Origin: a virus
IMG/VR virus record: IMGVR_UViG_3300009370_000002
Length of the DNA: 64,000 bases
Direction: 5' to 3' (one strand)
The notes under the pieces: model-generated
What the model was told of the DNA's origin: nothing
The model's database searches: none
What the model saw: the letters and a program-made list of their open reading frames with translations, nothing else
Shown here: piece after piece, positions 62,363 through 64,000 of the stretch
How the letters are laid out: each line of letters opens with the position of its first letter
Numbering within the stretch: position 1 is the stretch's first letter
Position numbers and translations under genes: made by a program

Positions 62363-62938
62363 CTATGCTGCTGGTCCAGCCAAGCCAGCATCAAAATGAA
62401 CACCAACGGAATCGCTAGAGCCACACACTGCCCAATCATAACGAAGCTCTACTTCAAACTGTGTTAGTTCATCATTTTCATAATCCAATTCGCCATAAGA
62501 GATTTTTTTGATCCATGGATTATGTAAAGTCCAATACTCTATTGGCTGTCCAGCAGAATCGAGTTGCACAATATTAACAGGTCCTAACCCCGTAGCAGCA
62601 GATGCTTTACTTTGAGTAACTAATTCATCAGCTTTTGATGGAGGCCTGTAACCTGACTCCTGAAATATCTTATTTAATCTTTGGACTGTTCCATCGGCAG
62701 TGGTTTGAATATCTACTGGATCCACAAAAGTGATTGTTATTGTTTGCCACTCCACCCTTCCAGGCCAGTAATAAGTGTGATTCAAATAAGAATGCTTGGA
62801 CTCTGCAACTGTAAAATTGGGCTTGGTTGCTTTTTTTGCCCACCATATAGTTCCACTATCATCGCCGATTCCGCCAATCATCACTTTAAATCTAAAATTT
62901 CTCTTTGGGTCTTTCCCAGCAGTATTCCAAAATCCCAT
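62363..62938 (-). CDS. tail tube protein 1 (gp19-like)
   Basis: KP.F...H.YLN..YY.PGR.EW..I.ITF.D; GELDY..D.L. Confidence 0.9.
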   Translation of the reverse strand: MGFWNTAGKDPKRNFRFKVMIGGIGDDSGTIWWAKKATKPNFTVAESKHSYLNHTYYWPGRVEWQTITITFVDPVDIQTTADGTVQRLNKIFQESGYRPPSKADELVTQSKASAATGLGPVNIVQLDSAGQPIEYWTLHNPWIKKISYGELDYENDELTQFEVELRYDWAVCGSSDSVGVHFDAGLAGPAA

Positions 62939-62972
62939 TTAATAAAATCTCCTATATATTTTAAATAGTTTC

Positions 62973-64000
62973 CTATGCAAAAGATGCACCTGTTCTTGTT
63001 ACCATAAAGTCAATCGCTATATATTCAATCGCTCTCGCAGGCTTTAAGTATACTTGAGCGTACAGAATATTTTGATCTATCATCGCGGCTGTTGTCGTAG
63101 TTGTGTCTAAAACCAACTTAAAGTCTGTTAGTCCAAATCTTGCTTTCACATCATCCAAAATAGGAGTAGCCTCTGAGATAAATCTTGCCCATGTTGAATC
63201 AACATTCTGATCAAAAAGAATATTTTTTGCAACATGCGATATTTTTTCCTTAAGGAACAAGAGCAACCTTCTAACATTAATCCTACTAAGAGCAGAATTG
63301 ATACCAGGCGATTGTAGTGTTTTTTGTCCGAAAATCACAACACCTTCATTCGGAAATGTAGCGATAGGATTAATATGCATTTCGTATAGTTCATCCCTTT
63401 CGTCCGAATCCAGCCTCATTCTTGCTTGAGTTACCATTGGCCCAGTAGGACCACCTAAAGCTCCAAGCCCACCTCTATTAAACCCAGCAGGCGCAAACCA
63501 AGCAGCCGATAAGGCTTCAGATTGTGCCATTCCACCAAGACCAGCAATCGATGAAGGTAACCAAACACGGTTGTTATTGTTCATTCTATCGATAGCCTGT
63601 ACGGCTGGGTAGAAAGTACACGCGAATGTTGAGTTAAACATCCTAGTATTCTCAGCATGATCTACAACAGTTGCAACAGAACCTTGTCGTGTCGCGGCAT
63701 CATCTTCACTTTCATATTCTGAAAGATAGTCTCCAACCAAATCCACAATAGCTAGCATATCTTGTCTATCATCTGCTAGTGAAATAATTCTATCAGTTAT
63801 TGTTGCATCCTGAATACCTGGAGCAAGAATAAGATTAGCAGGAACAACTTCTGGATCCTTAACAGTCTCAACTGCCTTTAGCAAGGTGTGTCTGAGGTAG
63901 TTTGTGGATTCTGATGCTCCCAAGTCGCCAATCAGAGGATTCCTGAATGGTTCAGCTTGAGTAATATCAAGTCCGTGTCTTCCGCCAAACATTGGCATGA
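62973..64000 (-). CDS. tail sheath protein, C-terminal part (truncated by window end)
   Basis: WFAPAGFNRG, RDELYE..INPIA.FP, FGQKTL, RINVRRLL, PAR.IE.I. Confidence 0.95.
   Translation of the reverse strand, partial: MPMFGGRHGLDITQAEPFRNPLIGDLGASESTNYLRHTLLKAVETVKDPEVVPANLILAPGIQDATITDRIISLADDRQDMLAIVDLVGDYLSEYESEDDAATRQGSVATVVDHAENTRMFNSTFACTFYPAVQAIDRMNNNNRVWLPSSIAGLGGMAQSEALSAAWFAPAGFNRGGLGALGGPTGPMVTQARMRLDSDERDELYEMHINPIATFPNEGVVIFGQKTLQSPGINSALSRINVRRLLLFLKEKISHVAKNILFDQNVDSTWARFISEATPILDDVKARFGLTDFKLVLDTTTTTAAMIDQNILYAQVYLKPARAIEYIAIDFMVTRTGASFA

Noticed and set aside
1-64000. tRNA/rRNA genes and stop-codon recoding
   Set aside because: No T-loop/cloverleaf or rRNA pattern was found by eye, and core genes are intact under code 11; tRNAscan-SE was not run.

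Overview
A 64-kb fragment of a large, tailed, contractile-tail (myovirus-like, distantly T4-like) bacteriophage genome. Every credible gene is on the minus strand. Reading in transcription direction (high to low coordinates) the order is: tail module (partial sheath, two tubes, tail-assembly chaperone pair, tape measure, baseplate; 64.0-48.7 kb); replication and nucleotide metabolism (mini PolA-like protein, divergent tubulin/FtsZ-like protein, gp32-like SSB, thioredoxin, RecA, flap nuclease, DnaB, class II RNR, ThyX, DnaE, dUTPase, an adjacent nuclease plus methylase; 48.7-25.7 kb); proteostasis and lysis genes (ClpP, amidase, GroEL, a remote GroES, a J-domain protein, a trypsin-like protease); and a ~16-kb accessory region. 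The accessory region is built from 18 repeated promoter modules. Their minus-strand consensus is GGACA-N5-TG(T/A)CC-TACCCA-N17-TA(C/T)ATT; 16 have the non-canonical -35 TACCCA and 17 carry the palindrome. They drive ~23 tandem, translationally coupled paralogous 'M(K/Q)VGDLV' SH3/KOW-like mini-proteins, two double-CCHC zinc-knuckle proteins and a MoxR/VWA pair. This promoter-operator cassette array is the most novel-looking system. No tRNA, CRISPR array, integrase or intein was seen. All product calls come from motif recognition by eye; no database search was run.
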